Positions 13,144-25,330 of a DNA stretch of 64,000 nucleotides are shown in pieces. The position numbers and the translations under genes are program-made. Where the stretch lies: NCBI GenBank assembly GCA_024704765.1, contig JAKMXF010000316.1:325908-389907 (forward strand), read 5' to 3'. Source of the DNA: Oopsacas minuta. Lineage: Eukaryota > Animalia > Porifera. The stretch's first letter is position 1; each line of letters opens with the position of its first letter. The notes beneath the pieces were generated by a model. That model ran no database searches. It worked only from the letters and a program-made list of their open reading frames with translations, and was not told the DNA's origin.

Positions 13144-15285
13144 TCAACATGAACAACAAAAGCAAACGGTATTAGCAAACAAACTAAACATGAATGAAGA
13201 GAGTGAGTAGATAAGAAAAAATTTTGGTATTGGTGCACTTTTCAGTTTTAATCAAAATATTGTATATATAGGTTCATGGGCGCCAGTACTCCCTTTGGTC
13301 AGGGAGGGAGTACCTGATTAACTAGGATTTGTATATGAATACTTTGGATAGTGCCGGATCCGGTGCACCCCTAACTTTGTGATGTAAATTTTGGTACAGA
13401 TATGCAGTCTCACACGTTTGAAGAAGAAATCTCAATGCTTTTCGAGATGCTGGATTGGCATCTATGTGAATCACAGATATCATTGCATTTCAATCACTAA
13501 ATAGCTACCCAAGAACACAATTTGTATATTTGTCAGCAAGATAGTTTCTATACACTTTTAAGTTGGGAAAAGGAATTTACTTGAATCAGTCTAATGTCAC
13601 TTTATTACTACATTTCGAGGGATCGGATGGTGAATAATAAAATCTCGCAGATGCTATCGGCCACTAACATAAAGAAACCTATAAGTACACTAAGAGGACA
13701 AAAATACTTGCATGCAAAAATATGCAATTGTTTATCGTGGAAATAGGGTAAATATTTGAATATTCATACGATAATTCAATTGAAAGACTGTTTGACTATG
13801 TTAGTTGACGATGTACTCACTAAATCGAAGAATATGTTGCGAATCAAATATTCTCTAGCCTGACTTTACTCATTAAATAGATAACGTGCTAGGAATATAT
13901 TCTATTAATAATTGTCCACAATACAAATGAGATGGAGCAATTCTTATAACATATTCGCAACCTACGGGTGTGTATTACCCCAGTATCAATTTTTTCGAAC
14001 TGATTAGAGCAAAAATTGTTGACTTAATAGCATTTTCAAATTTGTGCCACAAGTGTTAGAAGTAGCCCACTACTAGAATTTTGCCACAAGAATTGAATAA
14101 TGTATGAAAATCATTTGAGACGCTCTAAACAGATTTGGAAATAGTCGTATGGCTGGGAATAAGTCGATTTTTGAAACATCTTAATAATCATACGAAGGGG
14201 TGCAAACATACTTTGAATGGGCCATTTCTGCAACTTGTGCCACAAATATGAAAATGGTATTAAGTCAACATGATTTGTTCTAAAGTCCGAAATCTTCATT
14301 CTGGGGTAATAAATACCTGTAGGATTCGAATATGCTATCATATTAGTGAGGACAATGTCAACTAACATAGTCAATAAGTTCCTTCAATAAAATTATCGTA
14401 TACATAATCAAAAATTTGCCATATTTCCTGGATTTACAATAGTATATATTGTAGTGTACAAGTATTTGTGTTCGATTAGCGGATAATGCTATAGTATTAC
14501 TCTGCATAGTAATTGGTAAACCAGTAAATTGCACATTATTAATGACATAAAGGATTGTGCGCACTTGCCACAGTTAGAAAAAATGGACACTTAATTGAAA
14601 ATAAGGATATACATACTCTACAAATACAAAATCTTCCATTTATTGTATATGATGGACAAAATCGATTGGAAACGACAAAATATCTAAAAGCAGTAATTTT
14701 ACAATTCAACATGGTTTGAGATAAATGTGTGAATATGATATTAATAGATTTATTCGCTTATTGTCAACCTATTTTCAGGCCCATCTAGTTCTTGTTTTGA
14801 ATATATTTCCATATTAGCTAACTTTGCGTATTAGCAATCAATATTTAGACACAACACGAGTAGCTAATAAGACTGTTGAAATTTGGAGCTAATGGTAGCT
14901 AATAACACATCTCAGCTGCTCGGAGTTATTTCTTAGTGTTCTTTTCAGGGCGGGGCTAGCCCGGTAGCTCCACAGACCCCTAGTGTATATACGGCTACAC
15001 AGGGCCCAGCCTGATTTAGGGCTCCTGGGTCAGAAATATTTCAGGTTCAATATACTACCAAGCAATGTTGACTATCATGATATTCAATATTATAAATCCC
15101 CTATCGTACTTTATATTTTAGCATCAAGTCCTATGGTTAAGATCCTGAGTAACCTTTGCCCTCTGTATAACTATTGAAACGAATTCTCCACCATCAATAT
15201 GTAATATGTGCTTAAAGGTGTGAAAATATGATTATAATACTTTTACCACTTTAAGATAAAAATTTATTGGTACTATGGGTAGAAT

Positions 15286-17161
15286 CAGGGGCGTCGGAAG
15301 CAAATTTAAAGTTGTGAGCCGATTGCTGAATCAAACAAATTTTTATAAATAATGTAATGATCTTATGTAAATAAATATTTGATAAATCGTTAATAAAGAG
15401 CATTCATTATAAATTTTCCAAATATGGATTGACGATGTTCTGAGCCTCCAACAAATTCATTTGCCTCTTCAATCAAGCTCAGTTCATCTGTCTTTCCTTG
15501 TGAATGTCCAAAATTATTGCAGAGTAAATACGCATATCTGACATCGTTGAGCGGAGATAAGATTCGATAAAACGTAGTGTGCTGAATGATCTTTCACTTA
15601 CAGCATTAGTAGCTGGCATTATTACGATTAGTTTCGCAATAATGAAAACTTCGGATAAAGCATTCTTTGTGGTTCATAAAATGATCGAGGAGTTTTAAGA
15701 GAGAGGTAAGGAAAATTTCGGATTTAACACTATGATTGGCTTGTAAAATCTCCAACTGCATTTTCAGTATCTGAGGACAAAGATCATTTGCATAAATACT
15801 TGTTACAAAGTCAAATTCTTCCTTATAAGCTCCCATTCACACATTTTAACAAAAGATCTTGCAAGTTAGTGATACCCGATAGCCTGGTTGATCAAATCTT
15901 TCTTGAATACGAGTAATAATTCGATCCAATGCTTGAAAATAATTATAGTTGTAATATTCATCACTTCTTGAAGGCAGGTTTGAAGCTGAAGAATCTGTTT
16001 AAAATCTTTGTGATCATTTTCTGGACAATCTTGCTTCGCCTATACCTAATTCGTCTGCGGTTTTAGTTGCACTTAACCAAAAAGAGCGGAATTATCTTCT
16101 GTTCCCATATCTTTTAGTGTTTTTAGAATCAATTGTACAATCTGTTGGGCTTCTGCAGCAGATATATCTGTCGATTGAAGTATTTTACTGAGATTTTCAG
16201 AATGACCGAGAAGATATTCTCCAGTATTAATATTTTCCATGTGGGGAAGATACACCACGAATTCTACTCTTGATTTCGATGTCTTTACAATGGCAGAAGG
16301 ATGCATCGCAAAGCAGTTGTAAAGCTCTATAGTTTGTCTGAATGCAATGCAAAGCTTGTCCTCTAACTGTCCACCTTGTTGGGCATAAAATACGTACTCC
16401 AGGTGTACTATCTGCAAGCTGATCTTTGAGGCAATGTGGAAGGAGCCTCTCCGAGGAGATCTCTTGACAAGTATAGCGATTTTCTGTCTTATCTCTAGCG
16501 CATCTTTCATAACTTTACATTGTTTAACGATCTCATAGCAAGCTAAATTTAAAGAGTGCCCAATAACAATCAGTATATACAGCATGTGGTTCTTCTTTTA
16601 AAATCTGTGCCACACTTCATTCCGGAACCCGAACATTGAAGCAGCACCGTCATAACACCAACCGCGTAACTTTGTGAAAGTTTGGGTAAGTCGTAGTACA
16701 ACATCGCGAATCATAGCTATAATGGAATTTGCATCAGTTGATTCAATCTGATAAGGACAGATAAAATCTTCATTAGCTCTTAGTTCGTAATCTACCCAAA
16801 GTATGCAGATAACTGCTTGCTCATTGTTAGAATTATATGTTGTTTCATCCACCATAAGAGAGTAGAATGATACTGAATGAAGAGAATCTGTTGACTATAG
16901 AGGATATTGTGAGAGCTTATATTCAATAACTCATTCTGAGTATCAGCTCAGGTATACTTATTCAATTTCTTTTTGATACAGGTCATGATACAATAATAAT
17001 TTTCTATAAGCTTCAAAAGTAGGCTAAAGTTAGAATTAAATTCTTCACCATGATCCCTAATTCCAATACCATGACGAGCCAAGAAACTCTTATTGGAAAG
17101 GATTTCAAAAGCAATGACGATTTCAAATTTTCGCAGCTTGAGTTGTTTCGAAAGACTCTCA
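15286..17161 (-). mobile_element. ZMYM1-type hAT, 3' two-thirds (pseudogene); its 5' part lies at 63135-63823
   Basis: FLARHG..RDHGE..SNFSLLLKL, KYT*ADTQNELL, MVDETT..EQAVICILWV, CYDGAASM and GHSLNLAC. TIR CAGGGGCGTCGGAA at 15286, preceded by GGTAGAAT. Confidence 0.85.
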
Positions 17162-17873
17162 CACAGTGGCTTAGTAGTAAAGAATTAAGAAATTTTTATA
17201 GTAATGCTTTCATTCCTTTATGGTTTCATTGTGTTTCTAAACATTCAAGTAGCATCCATTCCAATTTTCGAATCATTTGGTAGCCATTAGTTATGTAAAT
17301 TTGAATCGAAACTTTGTGGTTTTTGATGCTGAAATTATCGTTTCGGAGAATTTAAAATATGCAAGATATTCACATTGATTCTGATTCTTTATAGAATATA
17401 TTAGTGATCTATTGTTTCATCTATTCTGGACAATTTTGCATGCTGATTTCAAATTTTGTATCAGATATATCCTAAACTGTGTACTTTTCATGTGAAGGAA
17501 TGTTGTACCCAGGGTAATAATGAATCCCAATTTTCCATCGATCAAATTTTGAAAGTGTCTGAAAGAAATCTCAAGGAACGTCAAAGCGAAAATAATACCA
17601 GTTGTTGTTTACAATTTATACTATGTTATATGAAGATGACAAGCCCCGAAACAGTGCGCAACTTTGATCTTTTGGTCACATTCCATTGTTTATAATCGTT
17701 GCTATGGAAATTCCTAAAGTGATATATGTGACTATGTAATTGAATACCCGTCTAATCCCAATTCTTCTTGGAAATTACTGCACAAAATTAAACATATATA
17801 CGTGTGTATATACGTGTACTTGTGTTTTCAATCAAACACCTATATTTTCTCATAGATAATTTATCCGTGATCA

Positions 17874-20033
17874 ATGGCTGAACCAATTGCTCCGATGACT
17901 CCCTCCGAATCCCGTCTCGATTTAGCGAGAATCCTGAAAGCAAATGGCAATTGCGTCGAAAGAACTCTCTATTATCTTAGCGATCTCCATGGATTAGACG
18001 ATGCCAAGCAGGCTAAACTTGAATTGATTTACGTAGAATACGAGATATGATTAGAACTTCAAAGAAATCACTTGAATCTTTGCATGGAGATTGGTGGCAT
18101 TCTGAAATTTGCTCAGAATTATTTATAGCTTCACAAACCCCCCAAAAACTAAGTCGGTGCGCCAAAAGAAATAACTTATCAATCTTTCATTGCAACATCA
18201 GCGTTCCAGCATCTCTAGTGTCCTTGAGTCTATCAGGTCCATCTCGGTAATCGAAAAAACTCCTGAAATTACAATTGCAGCTCTTGCTTTGCAATTGTCG
18301 TGCAATGAAGAAGACAATCGAGAAGTTGAAAGGGTATCTAAATCAATTGTGCAGGGAAAATTCTCTGGTCAATTCGGGCGTGCATCCAAAAGCAAAGAAT
18401 TGGATGTGGAGAGGCATTATTTCTTTTGGATCTACTAGAGATTGGCAGGAGGAAGTATACTCTACTACGAAAACTTTTGTTATCTAATGAAATTCACTTT
18501 CCTACATATCAAAGGGTGACCGATCATAGAAATAATTTAGTACTACAAAGTATGATTCAACTACACCCGAATCCTACAGCCCCAGTTGGTGTGTGTGTGT
18601 GTGTGTGTGCCATACGCTCAATTTGTCTACCATACATTTTGTAGAATTATGTCCACTCTACCGTCCCCTTCAAATGAGGATTTTCCTATCCGATTTCAGA
18701 TTGCTGATGGCTTAGATGGATCTGGAAAGCATACCGTACATAATCAACCAATACGAATACATCTACCAAATCGTCCATCCTATTTGCTTCAAAGCAATAC
18801 ACATTTTCAATTCTAGTGGAAGGAACCTTGGAAAAACAACTACCCGAATTCTCTATTCTCCCAACGTCCAATTTTCCTTCTTGCTGCCACAGAAAATCGT
18901 GACAATATTCACCAATTTATGAAAGATATCATCAATCCCGAAACAGATCAACTGAAGGACCAAGGTTTCTATTTTGCCGATGATAAACATATGTTTGTCG
19001 ATGTTGTCCGATCAATGCTTGATGGTAAAATGGCAAGTATTCTCTCAGGAGCAGGAGGTGCGAGTTGCCAACTATGTACTGCAACGCAGAAAGAACTAAA
19101 AGATCGTGATTTATTTTTGCAAGGCTATCCCATCAATAGAAACATTTCAGACGCCATTCAATTATTTGGAGAACTGGAAGACGTTGATGTTTTCTTTTCA
19201 TTACCAACAAATCAAAGATTTAACCTGACTCACCAACCATTGTCAACAATAGATATTCTACCTGCTTCTCCCTTACATTCCTATACGTGCATTTTAGATG
19301 GTTTAATTTACTTGTGTACCACCTGAATTGTAACAAGCTCACATGGTCGCCATCATCAAAAGAAATTAAAGACTCTATGATGGATGTGCGAACCATAGTT
19401 CAAGAAGTAACAGGTCTAAGAATTGACCAACCAGACCCCAAAGGAGGTACTACTTCCATTGGTGGTGTGGCTCGAAGAGCTTTTTCAAATGACTCCAAGT
19501 TTATTGAATGCGCAATGTCTTTGGTTAAGATTGATCATAAGGACTCACTTTGTAAATTGCACACACAATTATCTGTCATTCTGAGAATCATAAATTCAGA
19601 CAGAAAAATTGGGTAACCTTTGTACAGACACCTATCTCCTTATACCTCAATCCTTTCCCTGGGTGAACATTACACCGACTTTACATAAATTACTAGCCCA
19701 TTCTGGAGAAATACTGAGAGAGATGAACTTTGGGTATGGATTGAAATGCTTTAGCGAAGAAGGATCCGAAGCCTGCAACAAATTAATCAGGAAATATAGG
19801 GAACATCCAGCAAGGAAAACTTCCTTCGAGGGTAATCTCATTGATATATTTGTCAGACCCTCATCTGAGAGCGATCCTGTTTAATGAAATATCGATCGAC
19901 AGTGGTGTGCGAAAAGTGCGGAGAACACGGTCATACCCGAAGAGCTAAGTGCTGTAGAGACAATGCAACAGATTTATTAGAATCATCTATTGATAATATC
20001 GTCAAGTGCCTTATTATTGATACGATATTGTAA
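17874..20033 (+). pseudogene. RAG1-like transposase pseudogene (multiple frameshifts) with C-terminal CxxC-x3-GH-x5-C motif
   Basis: IADGLDGSGKH, RSMLDGKM..GASCQLCTAT, SPLHSY, GGTTSIGGVARR, ITPTLHKLLAHS..SEEGSEACNKLIRKYREH.ARK..SESDPV, then MKYRSTVVCEKCGEHGHTRRAKCC (19884-20033). Confidence 0.88.
18589..18608. repeat. (GT)10 microsatellite inside the RAG1-like coding region
   Basis: Direct reading. It sits at the VGVCVPY segment and shifts the frame. Confidence 0.9.
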
Positions 20034-20590
20034 CAACGTAGTTTGCTGAATGTTAGTGAATAAATAATGCAATAAAACATCCCTTAATATAAGTGCTTAT
20101 TGTTTTTATCCAGAAATTGTTAGAATTGATATATATATTAGCAAAAAAGATATGAATAAATTCTAAAAACGCATTTAGAAGTATTAAGTACAAAAGCAAA
20201 AATTGTGTAGACGTCATTTTATAAAAATTATGAGTAATTTTGAAATTCTAACAGTTGTAATTGCCTCCATGGATATGATATACTATACCCAAATAATACA
20301 ATTTATAGGGCTAACATTGTTATACAATCAGATATTAAAGAAAAACAAATTTCAGCATATAGCTATGACGTCAGAATATTATATATAGAAACCTTATAAA
20401 AACTTTGAATGCACTAAATGATTCCTAGCATATGATAACCAATATGCTGATAATACATTATATATGTCTATTTCAAAATCAAAATACTCATTCTTTACTA
20501 ACTCCCATTTTAAGCCACTGTGCAGATTCAGCATATGAATTCCATGTTTTCTAGAGTATCATAGTACCTCAAGTACAAATCTTGATTCTA

Positions 20591-21158
20591 CTGGGTGTGC
20601 CAAATAACGGGCCCCGAGCACATTTCAAGGCACTTTGAAACTATTGGTCAAACAAACAATAATAATCTATATATTCTATGCAAAGATATGTTAGATAATC
20701 TAAAGACGAAGTAATAGAGTATTCAGTAGGAGTCTTAGCGCGTTCAGGGAATTTTTGAAACGCCTCCTTCAAGGAAATTAAACAACAATTTTGAATATTT
20801 TCGATGTTAAATTCGCCCTGGAAATCGAGAATTCATGGTTGAATTAAGAATTTTCAGACTGAGAGAAATGTTAAAAACCGAAATAGTAGGTCCGAAGACC
20901 GTAGAAGTCCTTCAGGAAAAATAGTCCTGAAGAATGTAATGGGAATTTTGGTCTAAAAATCCAAAAATGTTAAGATTGTAATTATGTTCATCTAGAACAG
21001 AAACTCGAATCCTCGTAGACTTTCAACCTACGCTAATAATAGCTTGTGTTCTTCTTGCACGCCATTTAGCTCTATAACTATAAGGTTTTGTTAATCTCTC
21101 CTAAATATTATGCACATTCGAAGCTAATTGTTCGGGCTCGTTTGTTTGGCTCACCCTG
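20591..21158. mobile_element. Tc1/mariner-type MITE
   Basis: TA-CTGGGTGTGCCAAATAACGGGCCCCG at the left and CGGGCTCGTTTGTTTGGCTCACCCTG-TA at the right; no ORF. Confidence 0.65.
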
Positions 21159-21777
21159 TACTATTTCACATCTTAGAGATAGTGTACAGGATATCGACCA
21201 CTCATATGTTTCTCCGGATCAAATGAGGCTTAAGGATTTAGGGTGAACAATTTTCGATTTTAATTCATTAGTGTCTGACTGGTTCGCAAGGATCTAATAT
21301 TATCTGGGTTGCACAAACTATATTAAAAAGAACAGTTTGCTATAAGTAATTCCTTCAAGGATACTTTATACTCTCAAAGATAATAAAATTTCACAAGTAT
21401 CCCATCTAGGAAAAAATGTGCAAATATATCATAGGGGAATAGCTCATTGGGCTACTTCTGTCACAATAGATGGACAAGTTTTGCTTATGTTTAGACTCTA
21501 TTTACATACCTTGAGCCCAATTAGAGAAACAGATAACTTCATTTTATTTTTAACTCAAAAGGAATTTACAAAAACTGTTGTCAGTGTTGATCACCAAAGG
21601 ACTCCTCCTCTTTTGATCCATAAGTAAAAGCATTTACCTATCATACTGCAGTAGGTAATGATGTCATTACAATATGTTTTGATTATCTGAAACTTCGGAA
21701 GCATATCGAAAAATGCCTAATTTTGAAGAAACTTTCCAGCTTTACTCAACAACAATTGACAAGATGTAAACTCCAGA

Positions 21778-24700
21778 ATGCATGTTGCAGAGTATTCGAG
21801 ATTTTCGTGTGTACCTGTATGCACTAAATGTTTCGGATATACACGTACACATAGGCACAAACACGGGGGGGTGCAGGGGGCATGCGCCCCTCCTAGAAAA
21901 TTTTGGAAGGGGCCAGTAGGGTGGCTGTAACAACCGCGCCCGACATTAGATATTAACTCAAATTGTACTAATAAATATTGGTACAAATTAAATATATGGG
22001 TCATTTGAATTTCATACATATTATTTGTTGTTCCACTCCATCCTTGAGGCCACCTGGTTCTGTCTCACCGCTATGCCTTTGGAATCTCTCCATTCGCCCA
22101 CTACCCCTTGGATATCGACTTTGTCCAAGCGGTCAGCGTGCACGTGACAGATTGCTCCGTGATTGAAACGAGCTTGACCACATGTGCTTCTGAGGTAAGT
22201 CCTCAGCCTCCTCATAACAGAGAAGGCGCGCTCTGCAGTACAAGTGGTTGAGCTTGTACAAGGAGCAGACGTAAACAGGAACAAATGTTAGGTAGGACCA
22301 CGCGCAACATGGAATCAGACTGAAATTCTGACACAAGTCCAGAACATGCCACTCATCTCTGTCCGGTCTGATTAGCCTCACTGTCTTCACCTCACGTCTA
22401 AGGGCCTTGGCACCCACATCCGCTGTGAACACCTCACTAACAGTCCTGATGGCCACCTCTGATGCCTCAGTCTCTGGATAACGAATCAGAACATCTTCTA
22501 GGGCCACAATAGCCTCGTCCACATGGAAACGTTCTTCGATCTCATCGAGAGCAGTTTGAAAGAGAGCCCTATACTGAGACATGAAGTACGTCTCAAAGTC
22601 GGACTCAGTAACTGGAACTATTCTCCCTCCAATACGACGTCTCTCTGAAATATTCAGACCCCGTGGAACAGTGGGAGCCTCTAGGTCCATTTCCTCGGAA
22701 GTAGCTTTGCACTGGCGATAGAACTCACCACCTTGGACAACAGCCTCAAGATGCAGTAGTCTAGCTAGCGTCGCGAAGAACTTTCTGGTCTCTGAAATCG
22801 TGATGTTGACTCCTTGAACTCACTTGTGTATTGGATGCACTATCTCGAACAGCCGCATCAGAGTATTCAAAGAAAAGAAAACATAGAAGTCGCTAAGGTT
22901 GTTGATGTGAATGAGGGCTGCTTGCTTGTCTTCTCTTTTTCCTTCCGAGATTTGCAGCTGGAACCAATCCAGTAAGTGTACTTAGTTCTGAAGTATTGCT
23001 CTCACAGCCGGCATCCGCTTGACCCATCGCGTTGAACACAACTTCTTCAACTTCTCAGTCTCCACATAATCTTCCAGCCCGTTCTCGAATTCAGTGAACG
23101 AAGCAAGCCTTCTCGAGCTACTCTTCACATAGACAGTCACTGACTGTATTATGTCAATGCATCTCTTCATGGAAGCACCCTGTCTCACAGCTTCCTGCAG
23201 GACCAGGTTGAGGCAGTGTCCCTTACAATATAAAAACCGTGCAAACGGATATTTGCTTCTCAGGCGGGTTCGAACTCCCTTGCTCTTGCCCGTCATTGAA
23301 GCTGCACCATCAAATGCCATCCCACACATTCCCTGAAAGTCAAGACCTATTGCAGTTAGAGATACCTCAGCCAGCTTCGCCAGTGCTTCCCCAGTAGTTT
23401 CAGCTGTCTCTGCGAATCCGAGGAATTGTTCAGACACTTCAAAGGTTTCTGGGTGAACGATACGCACAGCGAAAACAACCTGCTCCTTCACTGTGATATC
23501 CTCAGATTCGTCCATTAACAGAGACCAATACCCACAATAGCGAACATCTTGGACTATTTTCGTAGCACCATGTGTGACAAAGTCAGCAACACATCATTCT
23601 GAGTGTCCCAGTTAGTCCAAGTGTATTTGCTACTGTCCTGGGTTGACGATCGGCAGATCCACTCTGCGATAGAGGGGTCGAACCTTCCGCACAGCTTGAG
23701 TAACTCGGTAGCATTACCGGAGTTTTGAGGGTGTCCACAAAACGGAAGTCCTTGTCTGGCCAAAAATCTGTAACACTAGAATATTGCAGTCATAGCGGCT
23801 CTTCCCTAGATTTTTGACGCCTTGAATGCCTCGCTGAGCAGGCTAGCAGTATCATTCCCTTGTTGCAAGGTTGTAAAAGCAACTAGAGCCTTGGCATGTG
23901 CTTCGCTTCGCTCATGTTTTTGAAAACTTCTAGTAGAGTGTTTCCCATCCGACTTCATAGCTCCAGACAGCGCTTTCTTCCAGTTGGAAAACCCAGTTAC
24001 GGTGAATTTTGCAGAAAACCGGTCAGTGGGAGACCAGCGTTTACCTTCTGTCATCCACGAGCACATGTTGCAAAACATTCCCCGTCCCTTGCTACAAGCC
24101 ACGGAAAGGTTATCTTTCACTCTTCTCGAAACTGACGTCCTTTCATCCTGGACTGAGTCTGTCCGCTGCCCTGAGAGGTTTGGGGCTGCTGGGTGAGAAC
24201 ATTGGCATCCGTTTTAGGGTGTGAATGTCCATGCTGATGAGTGCAAACCATGAGCTGACTCATCAAAGATTATCTTGAAGCTCCTGATACGATTTTACAT
24301 TTCTTAGATATGGGAGAAGCGGATTGAGACATATTAATACTATAATGCTAATAACAAATATATAAGATACAAATAATAATGCAAAAAATACTCATCGGAA
24401 CTTCGCGCCCCCCTCTTTTTCATCACAAAGCATAAAACTTTTCGCCCATGCATACATACGAATACTGTTTTAATGTATTAGAGTTTACCATAGCATATGA
24501 GTCGTTTATACAATGCCCTGTGTATTTCTAAGGCATTGTGGTTATAGGTATTCAAATATTATCTAAAACTTGTCAACGTAACATCACGATGCATTCGTGT
24601 TTATAGCTTCATTTTCTGGATATAGGTCTCAATATTTTGTTTGTTTTTATAGTTCCATTACATTACTCTTCATTTTATTTGCTGACTTATTTGTTTAGTT

Positions 24701-25170
24701 CTTTTCTTGCCCTTGTTTCTCACAAAGATAATATGTCACTCATATCTTTGCTATGGATAGTTTATCTTGTGCTGATAACCTGGCATTAATTTCATAATTT
24801 GTCCCGAAATCATATTTACAATGTGACTCTAGTTATTGCATGTTAGATTACTTATTTTACATATGATAAACAGTGTTCTCTTTCGATTTTCGTTCTCCAA
24901 TACGGAAATTTAAATAGTGTAACACATTAGACGGTATACTTGACAAAAAATTCGTTAATCTTGTAGCTATCATAGACAAGCAAGATAGATAGCAAATGAA
25001 CTGTAACTCGATACAGCTGGTTTGTACTAATCCAAACAAATCACACATAAACAACCCATATACTATAGTAAACTCTAATACATTAAAAATATTCGTGGTA
25101 CGCGTACACACAAAACACTTAGTGTATACACGTACACACGAAAATCTCTAATACACTGCAACATGTACAC
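21778..25170. mobile_element. TIR element with ~70-bp inverted repeats, interrupted by the hAT at 21850-24450
   Basis: CATGTTGCAGAGTATTCGAGATTTTCGTGTGTACCTGTATGCACTAA (21781 onward) is the reverse complement of ~25110-25166. Confidence 0.55.
21850..24450 (-). mobile_element. GC-richer ZMYM1-type hAT (fragmented transposase, 22021-24120)
   Basis: MFCNMCSW..GFSNWKKA..HERSEAH, MARQGLPFCGH, MDESEDITVKEQ, FDGAASMTGK..CKGHCLNL, CSTRW and TCTAERAFSVMRRLRTYLRST. Imperfect ends CATAGGC / GCCCATG. Confidence 0.85.
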
Positions 25171-25330
25171 CTAATTATAACAGCGATATCTTGTCACAGG
25201 ACTCAATAGTATGATGATGTTATAGTGTGCGATCAATATCAAGGGTGGAAGCTTTTAGAGTGATGAAAAAAGTATCTCAAAGCACTGAAGTATTTCACTT
25301 GCAATTTATGTGAAAAACAATGAACTAGTA

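Larger units (their letters stand above)
17162..20522 (+). mobile_element. RAG1-like/Transib transposon, family B (3361 bp)
   Basis: Ends CACAGTGGCTTA... at 17162 and ...TAAGCCACTGTG at 20522 share the distal box TAGTAAAGAAT. The flanks (TCTCA / CAGAT) do not match each other; see the inversion finding. Confidence 0.9.
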
